The position numbers were made by a program, and so were the translations under genes. From Breznakia blatticola (GTDB lineage: Bacteria > Bacillota_I > Bacilli_A > Erysipelotrichales > Erysipelotrichaceae): a DNA stretch of 32,000 bases. Of this stretch, positions 8,487-16,434 are shown one piece after another; position 1 is the first letter of the stretch, and each line of letters starts with the position of its first letter. The notes beneath the pieces were generated by a model that worked only from the letters and a program-made list of their open reading frames with translations, was not told where the DNA came from and did no database searches. The stretch covers positions 30,001 through 62,000 of the forward strand of contig NZ_SODD01000003.1 of assembly GCF_004365815.1 (NCBI RefSeq), given 5' to 3'.

Positions 8487-9318
8487 ATGAAACTCCCTTC
8501 TTTTGTTTCAATACTTCAAAGTATGCGATGGATTGTGCGTCTGCTTGCGCAGGATTCGCATACGTTGTACGATCTACAGTTTCAAAAGAATAGAATCCCC
8601 CATAATGATGCTTGTAAAACTGAGCAAACATCGTTTGTAAGTCTAGTTCTCCAGTACCTAGTGCCATATGTCCTGTCGGTTTTCCATCCACGAAATGACA
8701 ATGTTGTATTCGATTGTTAAACACTTTAAAATATGTATCTACACTATCTTTAGCTGCTACCATAGCTCCGATATCCAAGCATACTTTTACATTATCGTGA
8801 TTCACTAGTGAAAGAAACTCAGCTAATTCAGATGCGCTATTTGCAATTCTAGATTCACGATTTTGTAAGGCTTCTATTGCTAAAAAGATACCTTGCTGTT
8901 TTGCATAGTCAGCTAATTTATGTAGCATACTTGCACTTCGTTTTCTTGCTTCTTCAATAGATTCATCATAATATGCCCATCCTGGTGTCACGACAACAAA
9001 ACCTGCATTTACCGCTTTAGCTAAATCAATTGCATTTTTAAAGTATGAAAATACTCGCTTTTTCGCATCTTCATTTCCTGTTGCAACATTATTTGGTTTT
9101 GGATTGGTTTGTTCTGGACATATTCCAATAATTTGCACATCATATATTCTTTGTAAATCTTGTAATCGTTGTATATCTTCATACCCATTATAATCCACAT
9201 AAAAATGCATGGGTCCTAGCCATAGTTCTACATATTTTGCACCATTTTCATGCGCATGCTTAAAAAAAGAATCAAGTGTATAAAATCGATGATGTGTATT
9301 CATTAATGCATACTTCAT
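8476..9318 (-). CDS. Xylose-isomerase-like TIM-barrel sugar(-amine) isomerase/epimerase, FrlC-like
   Basis: 280 aa of the AP_endonuc_2-type family. The block VQIIGICPEQTNPKPNNVATGNEDAKKRVFSYFKNAIDLAKAVNAGF aligns by eye with E. coli FrlC [46 protein letters not shown] (recalled from memory). Confidence 0.75.
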   Translation of the reverse strand: MKYALMNTHHRFYTLDSFFKHAHENGAKYVELWLGPMHFYVDYNGYEDIQRLQDLQRIYDVQIIGICPEQTNPKPNNVATGNEDAKKRVFSYFKNAIDLAKAVNAGFVVVTPGWAYYDESIEEARKRSASMLHKLADYAKQQGIFLAIEALQNRESRIANSASELAEFLSLVNHDNVKVCLDIGAMVAAKDSVDTYFKVFNNRIQHCHFVDGKPTGHMALGTGELDLQTMFAQFYKHHYGGFYSFETVDRTTYANPAQADAQSIAYFEVLKQKKGVSYDR

Positions 9319-9319
9319 A

Positions 9320-9988
9320 TTATTTTACCTCGTTTAGTTTGTTTTTAATGATCGTATATATTTCGAATAAATCACTTCCGCATATATCTGCTGGTGATTG
9401 ATCATAATGAAATCGTTTATCTTCCTTTGCGATGACATACATTCCTGCATCCTTTGCTGCTCGTATTCCATAAGTAGAATCTTCAACAACAATACAGTTC
9501 TTTGGATTTACCTGTAATTGTTTTGCTACTTCCAAATAAATATCCGGATATGGTTTGCTTCTTTGCAAGTCCTCTCCACTTTGTTTAAAAGAAAAGTACG
9601 AATCAATTCCACATGATGTACACATGGAATCAATCAGTACTTTATTGGAAGCAGAGGCAATTGCCAAAGGAATTCCTTTTTCAGACAATTGCCTTAATAT
9701 AATTTTTGTATATGGTTGCAGGATATACGGATATATATCTTGTACACGAACTAGTTGTGTTGCTTGTTGGTACATACTTTTTAATTCCTGGATAGAAATT
9801 GAGGTCGGCCACCAACTTTGCATGATTTCAAAAGTCTCTTTTTGGCTAGATCCGGCTAGTCGATACACATCTTTCATTGAAACTTTAATACGATGCGAGT
9901 CAAGAAACTGTTTCACTCGATACATGTAAAATGGTTCTGTATCAACAAGTACACCATCCATATCAAAAATGACTGCTTCTATTTTCAT
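9320..9988 (-). CDS. HAD-IA (beta-phosphoglucomutase-like) sugar-phosphate phosphatase
   Basis: Motif I VIFDMDGVLVDTEP, then IASAS, K(148)PxPD and VVEDSxxG. Confidence 0.85.
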   Translation of the reverse strand: MKIEAVIFDMDGVLVDTEPFYMYRVKQFLDSHRIKVSMKDVYRLAGSSQKETFEIMQSWWPTSISIQELKSMYQQATQLVRVQDIYPYILQPYTKIILRQLSEKGIPLAIASASNKVLIDSMCTSCGIDSYFSFKQSGEDLQRSKPYPDIYLEVAKQLQVNPKNCIVVEDSTYGIRAAKDAGMYVIAKEDKRFHYDQSPADICGSDLFEIYTIIKNKLNEVK

Positions 9989-9993
9989 ATGGA

Positions 9994-11010
9994 TTAATAT
10001 TCAAATTGACGGTAGTAACGTCTAGTGTTTAAATCATGCCCTGAATAGTGTTCTAAGTATTTAGATAAACGTCCATTTAATAATGCAGTAGAAACGATTG
10101 GTGAGATTAATGCTTCAAATTCTTTATCAAAACCTGGAACCATGTATTCAGCTACATCGATTACATTTAATTCATCTGTATATTTACTTAAGAATGCTTC
10201 TGCACGGTCATCGATTGGACGATATTTTCCTACACCCTTAACTAGGAATACACATACATCTTTTTCTACAAGTTCAATTGTTCCGTGGAAGAACTCTGCA
10301 GTAGTTACTGATTTTGTGCGCATCCATTGCATTTCTTCTAAAATACACATTGAGTATAAGTAAACTTCACCCCAAAGTTCACCACCACCTAACCACATTT
10401 GGTAGTCAGTGTTCCAGTATTTTTTCGCAATCGCATTTGCACGATCATCAAAATTCTTTTGTACATTTACCAATCCATCAACCAATTTATCTTGAATTTG
10501 TTGGTAGAATGTATCGAATTTAGGAAAATCTCCTTGGTTAGCAAGAAGCCCATAGAACACACCCATAATATTCAAGTATTCATATTCAACTCCGAAGAAT
10601 GTTGCTAAAGGAATACACCATTTACTTTCTTTTCCTAATGGAGATGTTGGATCAATAACCATTGATGCAACACGGATTCCTCTTTCGTTACACCATTTTG
10701 CAGCGGCTACTGTTTCTTTAGTATCTCCTGATTTTGAACCCATAATAACAATTGAGTCTTTCGTTAATTGTTTATGTCCAGCTAAAACAAGTTCCCCAGC
10801 TTGTGCAGTATACACAGGTACTGATGAGTATTCCTTTGCAATTTCTGCAAAGTGCATCATCATCGCGATTGTCCCACCAACAGCTACAAAGAATATATTT
10901 TTATATCCTTCTTTCGCAATTTCATCAGCGATTTTCTTTCCTTCAGCAATATATTCAATTTGCTTTGTTAAATTCTTTCTGTATTCTTCTTCGTTAAACT
11001 TCAACATCAT
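9994..11010 (-). CDS. FrlB/GfrE-F-like SIS-domain fructosamine-6-phosphate deglycase (operon 2)
   Basis: 338 aa, a paralogue of 4248-5261 with the same architecture and the tail RRYYRQFEY. By eye it is only moderately similar to the operon-1 copy. Confidence 0.8.
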   Translation of the reverse strand: MMLKFNEEEYRKNLTKQIEYIAEGKKIADEIAKEGYKNIFFVAVGGTIAMMMHFAEIAKEYSSVPVYTAQAGELVLAGHKQLTKDSIVIMGSKSGDTKETVAAAKWCNERGIRVASMVIDPTSPLGKESKWCIPLATFFGVEYEYLNIMGVFYGLLANQGDFPKFDTFYQQIQDKLVDGLVNVQKNFDDRANAIAKKYWNTDYQMWLGGGELWGEVYLYSMCILEEMQWMRTKSVTTAEFFHGTIELVEKDVCVFLVKGVGKYRPIDDRAEAFLSKYTDELNVIDVAEYMVPGFDKEFEALISPIVSTALLNGRLSKYLEHYSGHDLNTRRYYRQFEY

Positions 11011-11038
11011 TTTCTTTTCTCCTCCTAGTTTGACGTGT

Positions 11039-11857
11039 TTATCCTAAAATTCCAAATTGTGCACATACGATTCCAAAAATTGCAGTAATTACAATTAATA
11101 GAATGACATTTACTTTTTTCTTTAAGAAATAATAGTAAATTCCTGTAGCGCAAAGTGGTAATAATCCAGGCATAATTCCATTTATTACATCTTGTAGTAA
11201 TGGAGCATTCTCTCCACCACCAATTGTTAATGGTGTAGTTACACTCACTAACTCATTTGTCATTCCACCAATGACCATAACCCCTAGCATTGATGCAGCT
11301 AACATAAATTTGCTCATCAATCCAGATTGTTGAATTTTTTCTAAATAATTAACTCCAAGTTCGTACCCCTTCAAAGAACATACATAGCGTAGGATGAATG
11401 CAGGTATATTAAAGATTAATAAGAATAAAATTGGACCTAAGATATTTCCTTGTACTGCTAATGAAGTACCAACACCTACAGCTAATACACGAAGTGTACC
11501 TAACATAATAGAGTCACCAATTCCACTTAATGGACCCATAAGTGCAGCTTTTACTGCATTAATTGAAGCAGTATCGAAATCTTCTTGTTGGGCATTCATT
11601 TCTTCCATCGCAATTGTGATACCACCAATAAATGGAGCAATATGCGGTGTACAGTTGAAGAACTCTAAGTTTCTTGTTAATGCATCTTTGTATTTTTCTG
11701 GTTGTCCTTGATAAATCTTACGTAATGCAGGTTCAATCATGAATTCAAATCCCATGTGCATTTGTCTTTCATAATGCCAAGAGAATTCCATAGGAAGTGA
11801 TCTCCAGAACATTTTACGTAAATCTTTTTTCGTAATTGAATTAGAAGTCTTCATCAA
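11039..11857 (-). CDS. PTS mannose-family EIID component (operon 2)
   Basis: 272 aa with FWRSLPMEFSWHYERQMHMGF, FFNCTPHIAPFIGG and LMGPLSGIGDS. Confidence 0.9.
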   Translation of the reverse strand: MMKTSNSITKKDLRKMFWRSLPMEFSWHYERQMHMGFEFMIEPALRKIYQGQPEKYKDALTRNLEFFNCTPHIAPFIGGITIAMEEMNAQQEDFDTASINAVKAALMGPLSGIGDSIMLGTLRVLAVGVGTSLAVQGNILGPILFLLIFNIPAFILRYVCSLKGYELGVNYLEKIQQSGLMSKFMLAASMLGVMVIGGMTNELVSVTTPLTIGGGENAPLLQDVINGIMPGLLPLCATGIYYYFLKKKVNVILLIVITAIFGIVCAQFGILG

Positions 11858-12599
11858 CTGTTACCTCCTGTACTTGTGCTTCATCTTTTGTAAATTTAAT
11901 TGATAAGAAAATCAATATAACTCCAAACAAGGCAATACCTACTACTGGGATTCCTAAGTATGCTGATAATAAGAATCCTAAGAAGAAGTGTGGAATAACT
12001 TTCTTATTCATAATCATTTGTAATAACATGGCAAACCCAATTCCTGGTAATAATCCGGTTGCGATAGTTAATCCGTTTGTAATTACTTCTGGAATTGCAT
12101 TTACAATTGCTTCCATTTGCGCAGATCCTAATGAGAATCCTAAAAATGTAATAATTGCTAATACTGTACATGTGATAAATCCTGTACACATGTGAATCAC
12201 AGATACTGCTTTTCCATTTCCTTTTGCAGCATAGTTGTCTGCAAGTTTTGCCATCAATGGACGAACAAGTGAGAAAATCACGTTGTCAATTGCTAAAGCT
12301 AATAATGCAATTGGAAATGCCATTGTAAAGGCTACTTCTGGTCCTTTTCCTGTTACAATTGCAAATGCTGTTCCTAATACTCCTCCAACAATAACGTTTG
12401 GTGGAATAAATGCTCCAACTGATACAGACCCTAAGAATGCTAATTCAAGAGTTGCCCCAATTGTTATCCCCATTTCCAAGTCGCCAAGAATCAATCCAAC
12501 AATTGGACCTAATACGATGGGACGTTGGATCATATTTGTTCCTGTAGCTAAATCACATTTTCCAATGAATGCTACCAACGCTAATAATAGTGCTTCCAT
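11841..12599 (-). CDS. PTS mannose-family EIIC component (operon 2)
   Basis: 252-aa polytopic membrane protein, a paralogue of 2597-3343 (GPIVGLILGD, GATLELAFLG). Confidence 0.9.
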   Translation of the reverse strand: MEALLLALVAFIGKCDLATGTNMIQRPIVLGPIVGLILGDLEMGITIGATLELAFLGSVSVGAFIPPNVIVGGVLGTAFAIVTGKGPEVAFTMAFPIALLALAIDNVIFSLVRPLMAKLADNYAAKGNGKAVSVIHMCTGFITCTVLAIITFLGFSLGSAQMEAIVNAIPEVITNGLTIATGLLPGIGFAMLLQMIMNKKVIPHFFLGFLLSAYLGIPVVGIALFGVILIFLSIKFTKDEAQVQEVTVDEDF

Positions 12600-12611
12600 A
12601 AATTCTCCTCT

Positions 12612-13082
12612 CTACAATACACTTTCAGCTTTTACTTTTTTATCTGTAGGTACCATACGTATTTCTACTTCGACACCTTTATCAACCATCTCTTTGATCA
12701 TGTTTTCTTCATCTGTTGAAACATTCATCGCTTTTGAGATCTGTCTTGTTTCTTTTGTTGCTTTTGTACCACCCAAGTTTACGCTTTTTACACTTGGGCA
12801 TTGATCAACAAGCATTTTTGCATCCTTAATTGACTCAACAACAACTAATAATTTGTATTTATCAGTTACCCCACTGTTGATAGCTTCAACTGCATCTTTC
12901 ATGCTTTTCATAACCAGTTTTACACCACTTGGTTGTGCTAGTTTGATAGTTGTTTTACGTAAATCATTTACAACAACATCATCATTAGCAACTAGAATAC
13001 AGTCTGCCGAAACCGCTGATGTCCATGAAAATGCAACTTGACCATGTAATAAACGATGATCGACTCTAAGTAATTGAATCAT
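12612..13082 (-). CDS. PTS mannose-family EIIB component (operon 2)
   Basis: 156 aa; RVDHRLLHGQVAFSWT carries the active-site His. Confidence 0.9.
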   Translation of the reverse strand: MIQLLRVDHRLLHGQVAFSWTSAVSADCILVANDDVVVNDLRKTTIKLAQPSGVKLVMKSMKDAVEAINSGVTDKYKLLVVVESIKDAKMLVDQCPSVKSVNLGGTKATKETRQISKAMNVSTDEENMIKEMVDKGVEVEIRMVPTDKKVKAESVL

Positions 13083-13094
13083 AAGTCCTCCTTT

Positions 13095-13511
13095 CTAAAA
13101 TTCTTCATCTTCTCGTACTTCTATAGAATCCTTACTCACTACACTCATACCATTTTTTGCGTTTTGAATAAGGTCAAGATAGTCACTAGTTTCTAACTTT
13201 TCTTTTTGGTTAAGTAATAAATCCAACACCATACTCATATTCATTCCTGATAAAATTGTCACATTTTCAAATTCCATCAGTTTTGATAAGGTTGTGTGAA
13301 CACTACCACCTTTCACATCACAAACAATTACATATGTATCTGTACTTGTTGATATTTCCAACTTTAATTTTTCATAGTAATCATTTGGTGTCTCACCTGG
13401 ATATAAACTATACGTTTCTACTTGTTTTGCTAAATCACCAACAATCATCGAAACTGAATGTAGCATCCCTTTTGATAGATCACCATGTGAAGCCAAAATT
13501 ACTTTTTTCAA
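13095..13511 (-). CDS. PTS mannose-family EIIA component (operon 2); start revised to TTG 13511
   Basis: KKVILASHGDLSKGM is an EIIA-Man His context. The ORF-track start (TTG 13538) abuts the -12 promoter element and has no RBS. The in-frame TTG at 13511 is preceded by GAAAGGAG with 7-nt spacing. Confidence 0.85.
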   Translation of the reverse strand: MKKVILASHGDLSKGMLHSVSMIVGDLAKQVETYSLYPGETPNDYYEKLKLEISTSTDTYVIVCDVKGGSVHTTLSKLMEFENVTILSGMNMSMVLDLLLNQKEKLETSDYLDLIQNAKNGMSVVSKDSIEVREDEEF

Positions 13512-13538
13512 GAAACCACTCCTTTCAATTCTTATCAA

Positions 13539-13554
13539 GCAAGAACTGTGCCAA
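13539..13554 (-). promoter_or_regulatory. Sigma-54 promoter (proximal): TTGGCACAGTTCTTGC
   Basis: The reverse complement matches the -24/-12 consensus TGGCAC-N5-TTGCW exactly in spacing and core. It lies 28 nt upstream of the revised IIA start and downstream of a LevR-type activator gene. Confidence 0.75.
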
Positions 13555-13594
13555 ACCGATTATTTTCAGTTCTTTACCCGTCACTTACTAACAA

Positions 13595-13610
13595 GCAAAA
13601 AGTGTGCCAA
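13595..13610 (-). promoter_or_regulatory. Second sigma-54 promoter-like element (distal): TTGGCACACTTTTTGC
   Basis: Same TGGCAC-N5-TTGCT architecture, 56 bp upstream of the proximal copy and 12 bp after the levR-like stop codon. The two 19-mers TTGGCACANTTNTTGCTTG differ only at the two N positions (17 of 19 bases identical). Confidence 0.6.
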
Positions 13611-13621
13611 ACTGACACACT

Positions 13622-16336
13622 TTAATCATTTTTTATATAATCGTAAATATAACCGATTTCAGGAATCGAGATATCCACCCCATAATATTCTTCAACCTCT
13701 CTAAATGTTTGCTTTACTAAATTAATAAAGTTTTGATTTTCTTTGGTGAATTCATCGACATCTAAATACGTTTCAACTTCTTTGTTCATAACTAATCGTT
13801 CAATCAAACAACTAATGTGAACATACAAACCAAAACATGTACTACTTGATAATGTTTTATCCAACGCATTTTGTAGGCGATCAAGTGCATCTGCGACATG
13901 TTCTAATAATTTATTTGGATTTAAGATAGTTAAACTACTCATAATATTACTTAATGAGAAATTCTTTAAAATCTTCTTTTTGAAAGTATCTAATTGCTCT
14001 GCACTCATGATGGATTGTAACTCATGATTTAAAACAGCAAAGCTATCTGTAATAATTAATTCCTCGATTGGAATAAATGGGAGATTTTCAATATTTGGAT
14101 TGAGTGTTCCCACTATAAACAATACATGATTATCTGTGAACACTTTATTATGAATTCCTTTTTCTACCAATTCATTGTAATTATATGTTTGAACTTCAAT
14201 AGGAACATCTACTGGTAGTGAATCTTTTAGAATACGTCGTAGCTTTTCTGCTGTACCCATACCACTTGCACATGAACATAATATTACATTTTTCTTTAAT
14301 TGATTTTTCTCAATGTGATAATGCGTCTTTGAATATTGAATGACTTCATCAAAAATATCTTCCATAGGACGATTTTGAATAATACCATTTCCAATTTCTA
14401 ACGCTGTTTTTGTGCTGATGTTATTAATAATTCCAATATTGGCTTGTTTGTTTTGTATTCCTTTGTAAATGTCTTCTAAACTTCCCATATCTACTAAAAG
14501 AAATAGTTCTTCGAATTTACCCATACTATTTAAATATTCATTTAGTTTTTTTATAATTGTTTGCACATCTTGGTTGATTGGCATATCAATCGCATCAAAA
14601 ACATAGGTATCAAGAAATTGATTTGTTGCTTCTGCGATACTACTAGCCGTAGAAAATCCATGAGCAAGTATTACAGCTAAACGTTTCTTTTCACTTTTAT
14701 GATTTGTTACATTACTTAGATAAAACATAAACACAATTTTTACAATGTCTAAAATATCTAAATCAAGATATGCATGTAAATAGTTTGTGATTTCTTTTGT
14801 AATATTAGTTTCGTAATATTTATGATTTTCTAAATAGCTTAGTAATTCTGATATTTGTTCTGCTTGCTTGTACGACCAATTTCTAACACTGATATAATTC
14901 TTTCGATAATCCATAATAAAACAGTTTAATGTCAAAATATCATTGTTTGATAAACTCAAACCATAACGATTTCGTATCATATCAAAAATGTTTTCAATTC
15001 CTTTATAGTAGAAATCTTTATCTGTTGACAGTGTGGCATGATACAAGATTTTATCAAAGTACTCATGGATATTTTGATTGATCGATACATCCATTTCTGA
15101 AATGTTTGCATCATTTTCTGTATATGTTTGAAAAGTTGTTAACACATTATGTAGCATTTGAATAATATAACTCTCTGCTTTAATAAAACTATCTAATTCA
15201 TCTACAGCAATTGTATCTCCAGTATTTTCAAAGTTTGTCGTTATGCTTTGTAATTGTTCACTTTCTAGTATGTCTTTTGGTAGATCATGCAATTGAATAA
15301 CAATTGCATCATCATCTTGATTACTAAACATCGCTTGGATACAACATGTTTGAATACATCCGCGAAGTCCTCCAATATTTCCTGGAAAATCATATGCTAA
15401 GAATATACTATATGCTTTAGCACTTATTCGAATTTTTTTCTGTAGTTTATCTTGTTCTGTTTTGAACATTGAATATAAAAGTTCCACTCTTTCATGGAGC
15501 CCACGTTCTTTTAATGAAGGAACGGTAATCGTCATAGGAATTCGACGCAATAATGTTTTGAGTAACACATCCTCAGGCTTTTCTGTAGTCGCAAATATTA
15601 ATTTCACATTTGATGCATACCAGTTCTCATTATCTCCAACACGGTGATACTCTGCTAAATCCATAAACTGAAATAGTTTTTCCTGACATTCTGGAGATAA
15701 GTTGTGTACTTCATCTAAAAACAAAATCCCTCCATCTGCCAATGCAATTAAACCTTCATTATCCTTATCTGCACCAGTAAATGCTCCTTTTACATGTCCA
15801 AATAAGTTTGCAGTTAGTAATTCAGGGTTATTCGCGTATTCACTACAGTTTACTGAGATAAACCGTTGTTCTTTACTTAGTAAACCTTTATGTTTGGCAT
15901 ATTCATAAGTCAATCGAGCAATGTATGATTTTCCAGTACCTGTTGGTCCATATAACATCATTGGTAATCCATTAGGTGGATAAGATATGGTGCCTTTACA
16001 TTGACTAACTAATTCAGAAAGACTTCCATCATATCCAATGAGTTTTTCAAAGTCTCTTTTTTCATCAGAGTTTGTTGAAGTAAGCACATGTAATGAATCG
16101 ACTTCAAGTGTGTCCACTTTTTGATTGTGGATTTCTTCAAAGATTTCTTTTACTACATACAAAATTGGTTTTTGATTTATTTTTATTAGTTTTCCCTGTG
16201 CAAAGAGCTGACGAATTTCACTAGCTACTACATTTCTTGAAACTTGTAGTCTCTTTGAAATCTCAACTACAGAGTTACTCTCATAATCATTATTTTGGGT
16301 ATGAACTTTAATTTCTTCTAGTATTTTATCTCGCAT
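13622..16336 (-). CDS. LevR/GfrR-type sigma-54-dependent transcriptional activator with PTS regulation domains; start revised to ATG 16336
   Basis: AAA+ core with GPTGTGKS Walker A, the GAFTGA loop (VKGAFTGADK) and ILFLDEV Walker B. It is followed by PRD regions, an EIIA-Man-like module (VILAHGFSTASS) and an EIIB-Gat-like module (CSCASGMGTAEK). ATG 16336 has the SD GAGAGGTGG. The ORF-track start 16390 lies inside the predicted promoter. Confidence 0.9.
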   Translation of the reverse strand: MRDKILEEIKVHTQNNDYESNSVVEISKRLQVSRNVVASEIRQLFAQGKLIKINQKPILYVVKEIFEEIHNQKVDTLEVDSLHVLTSTNSDEKRDFEKLIGYDGSLSELVSQCKGTISYPPNGLPMMLYGPTGTGKSYIARLTYEYAKHKGLLSKEQRFISVNCSEYANNPELLTANLFGHVKGAFTGADKDNEGLIALADGGILFLDEVHNLSPECQEKLFQFMDLAEYHRVGDNENWYASNVKLIFATTEKPEDVLLKTLLRRIPMTITVPSLKERGLHERVELLYSMFKTEQDKLQKKIRISAKAYSIFLAYDFPGNIGGLRGCIQTCCIQAMFSNQDDDAIVIQLHDLPKDILESEQLQSITTNFENTGDTIAVDELDSFIKAESYIIQMLHNVLTTFQTYTENDANISEMDVSINQNIHEYFDKILYHATLSTDKDFYYKGIENIFDMIRNRYGLSLSNNDILTLNCFIMDYRKNYISVRNWSYKQAEQISELLSYLENHKYYETNITKEITNYLHAYLDLDILDIVKIVFMFYLSNVTNHKSEKKRLAVILAHGFSTASSIAEATNQFLDTYVFDAIDMPINQDVQTIIKKLNEYLNSMGKFEELFLLVDMGSLEDIYKGIQNKQANIGIINNISTKTALEIGNGIIQNRPMEDIFDEVIQYSKTHYHIEKNQLKKNVILCSCASGMGTAEKLRRILKDSLPVDVPIEVQTYNYNELVEKGIHNKVFTDNHVLFIVGTLNPNIENLPFIPIEELIITDSFAVLNHELQSIMSAEQLDTFKKKILKNFSLSNIMSSLTILNPNKLLEHVADALDRLQNALDKTLSSSTCFGLYVHISCLIERLVMNKEVETYLDVDEFTKENQNFINLVKQTFREVEEYYGVDISIPEIGYIYDYIKND

Positions 16337-16355
16337 AGGCCACCTCTCGTATCCC

Positions 16356-16384
16356 ATACTATTGGTAAAAAATAGCTTTGTCAA
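16356..16384 (-). promoter_or_regulatory. Sigma-A promoter of the LevR-like gene: TTGACA-17 nt-TAGTAT
   Basis: The reverse complement reads TTGACAAAGCTATTTTTTACCAATAGTAT and ends 19 nt upstream of ATG 16336. Confidence 0.55.
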
Positions 16385-16406
16385 GAGCATAGTTTGGCAT
16401 GAATCT

Positions 16407-16415
16407 TGCTATAAT
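16407..16415 (+). promoter_or_regulatory. Extended -10 (TGcTATAAT) for rpoN
   Basis: TGCTATAAT lies 19 nt upstream of ATG 16435, with the SD GAAAGGAAG at 16422-16430. It is back-to-back with the levR-like promoter, with about 25 bp between the -35 and -10 elements. Confidence 0.5.
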
Positions 16416-16434
16416 ATTAATGAAAGGAAGTGCC

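Noticed and set aside
9555-9929. 124-aa plus-strand ORF. Similar antisense ORFs occur at 11394-11711, 13256-13591, 19461-19784, 27921-28352 and 28776-29183.
   Set aside because: All lie antisense within confidently assigned genes (HAD, EIID, EIIA, noc, ABC ATPase). They lack SD sequences and recognisable motifs.
12235-12804. 189-aa plus-strand ORF
   Set aside because: It is entirely antisense to the PTS EIIC/EIIB genes of operon 2. The composition is low-complexity (N/A/T/P-rich) with no RBS. It is the mirror-frame artefact typical of AT-rich membrane-protein genes.
16337-16390. ORF-track N-terminal extensions (LevR-like to 16390, rpoN from 16399, parB to 18604, permease to 28005, BMP lipoprotein to 30626, lipoprotein from 25061, EIIA to 13538)
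   Set aside because: In each case the extension lacks an RBS and overlaps a promoter or the upstream gene. An internal start codon has a good SD and gives a canonical N-terminus (signal peptide, GLGKGL box, region I, etc.).
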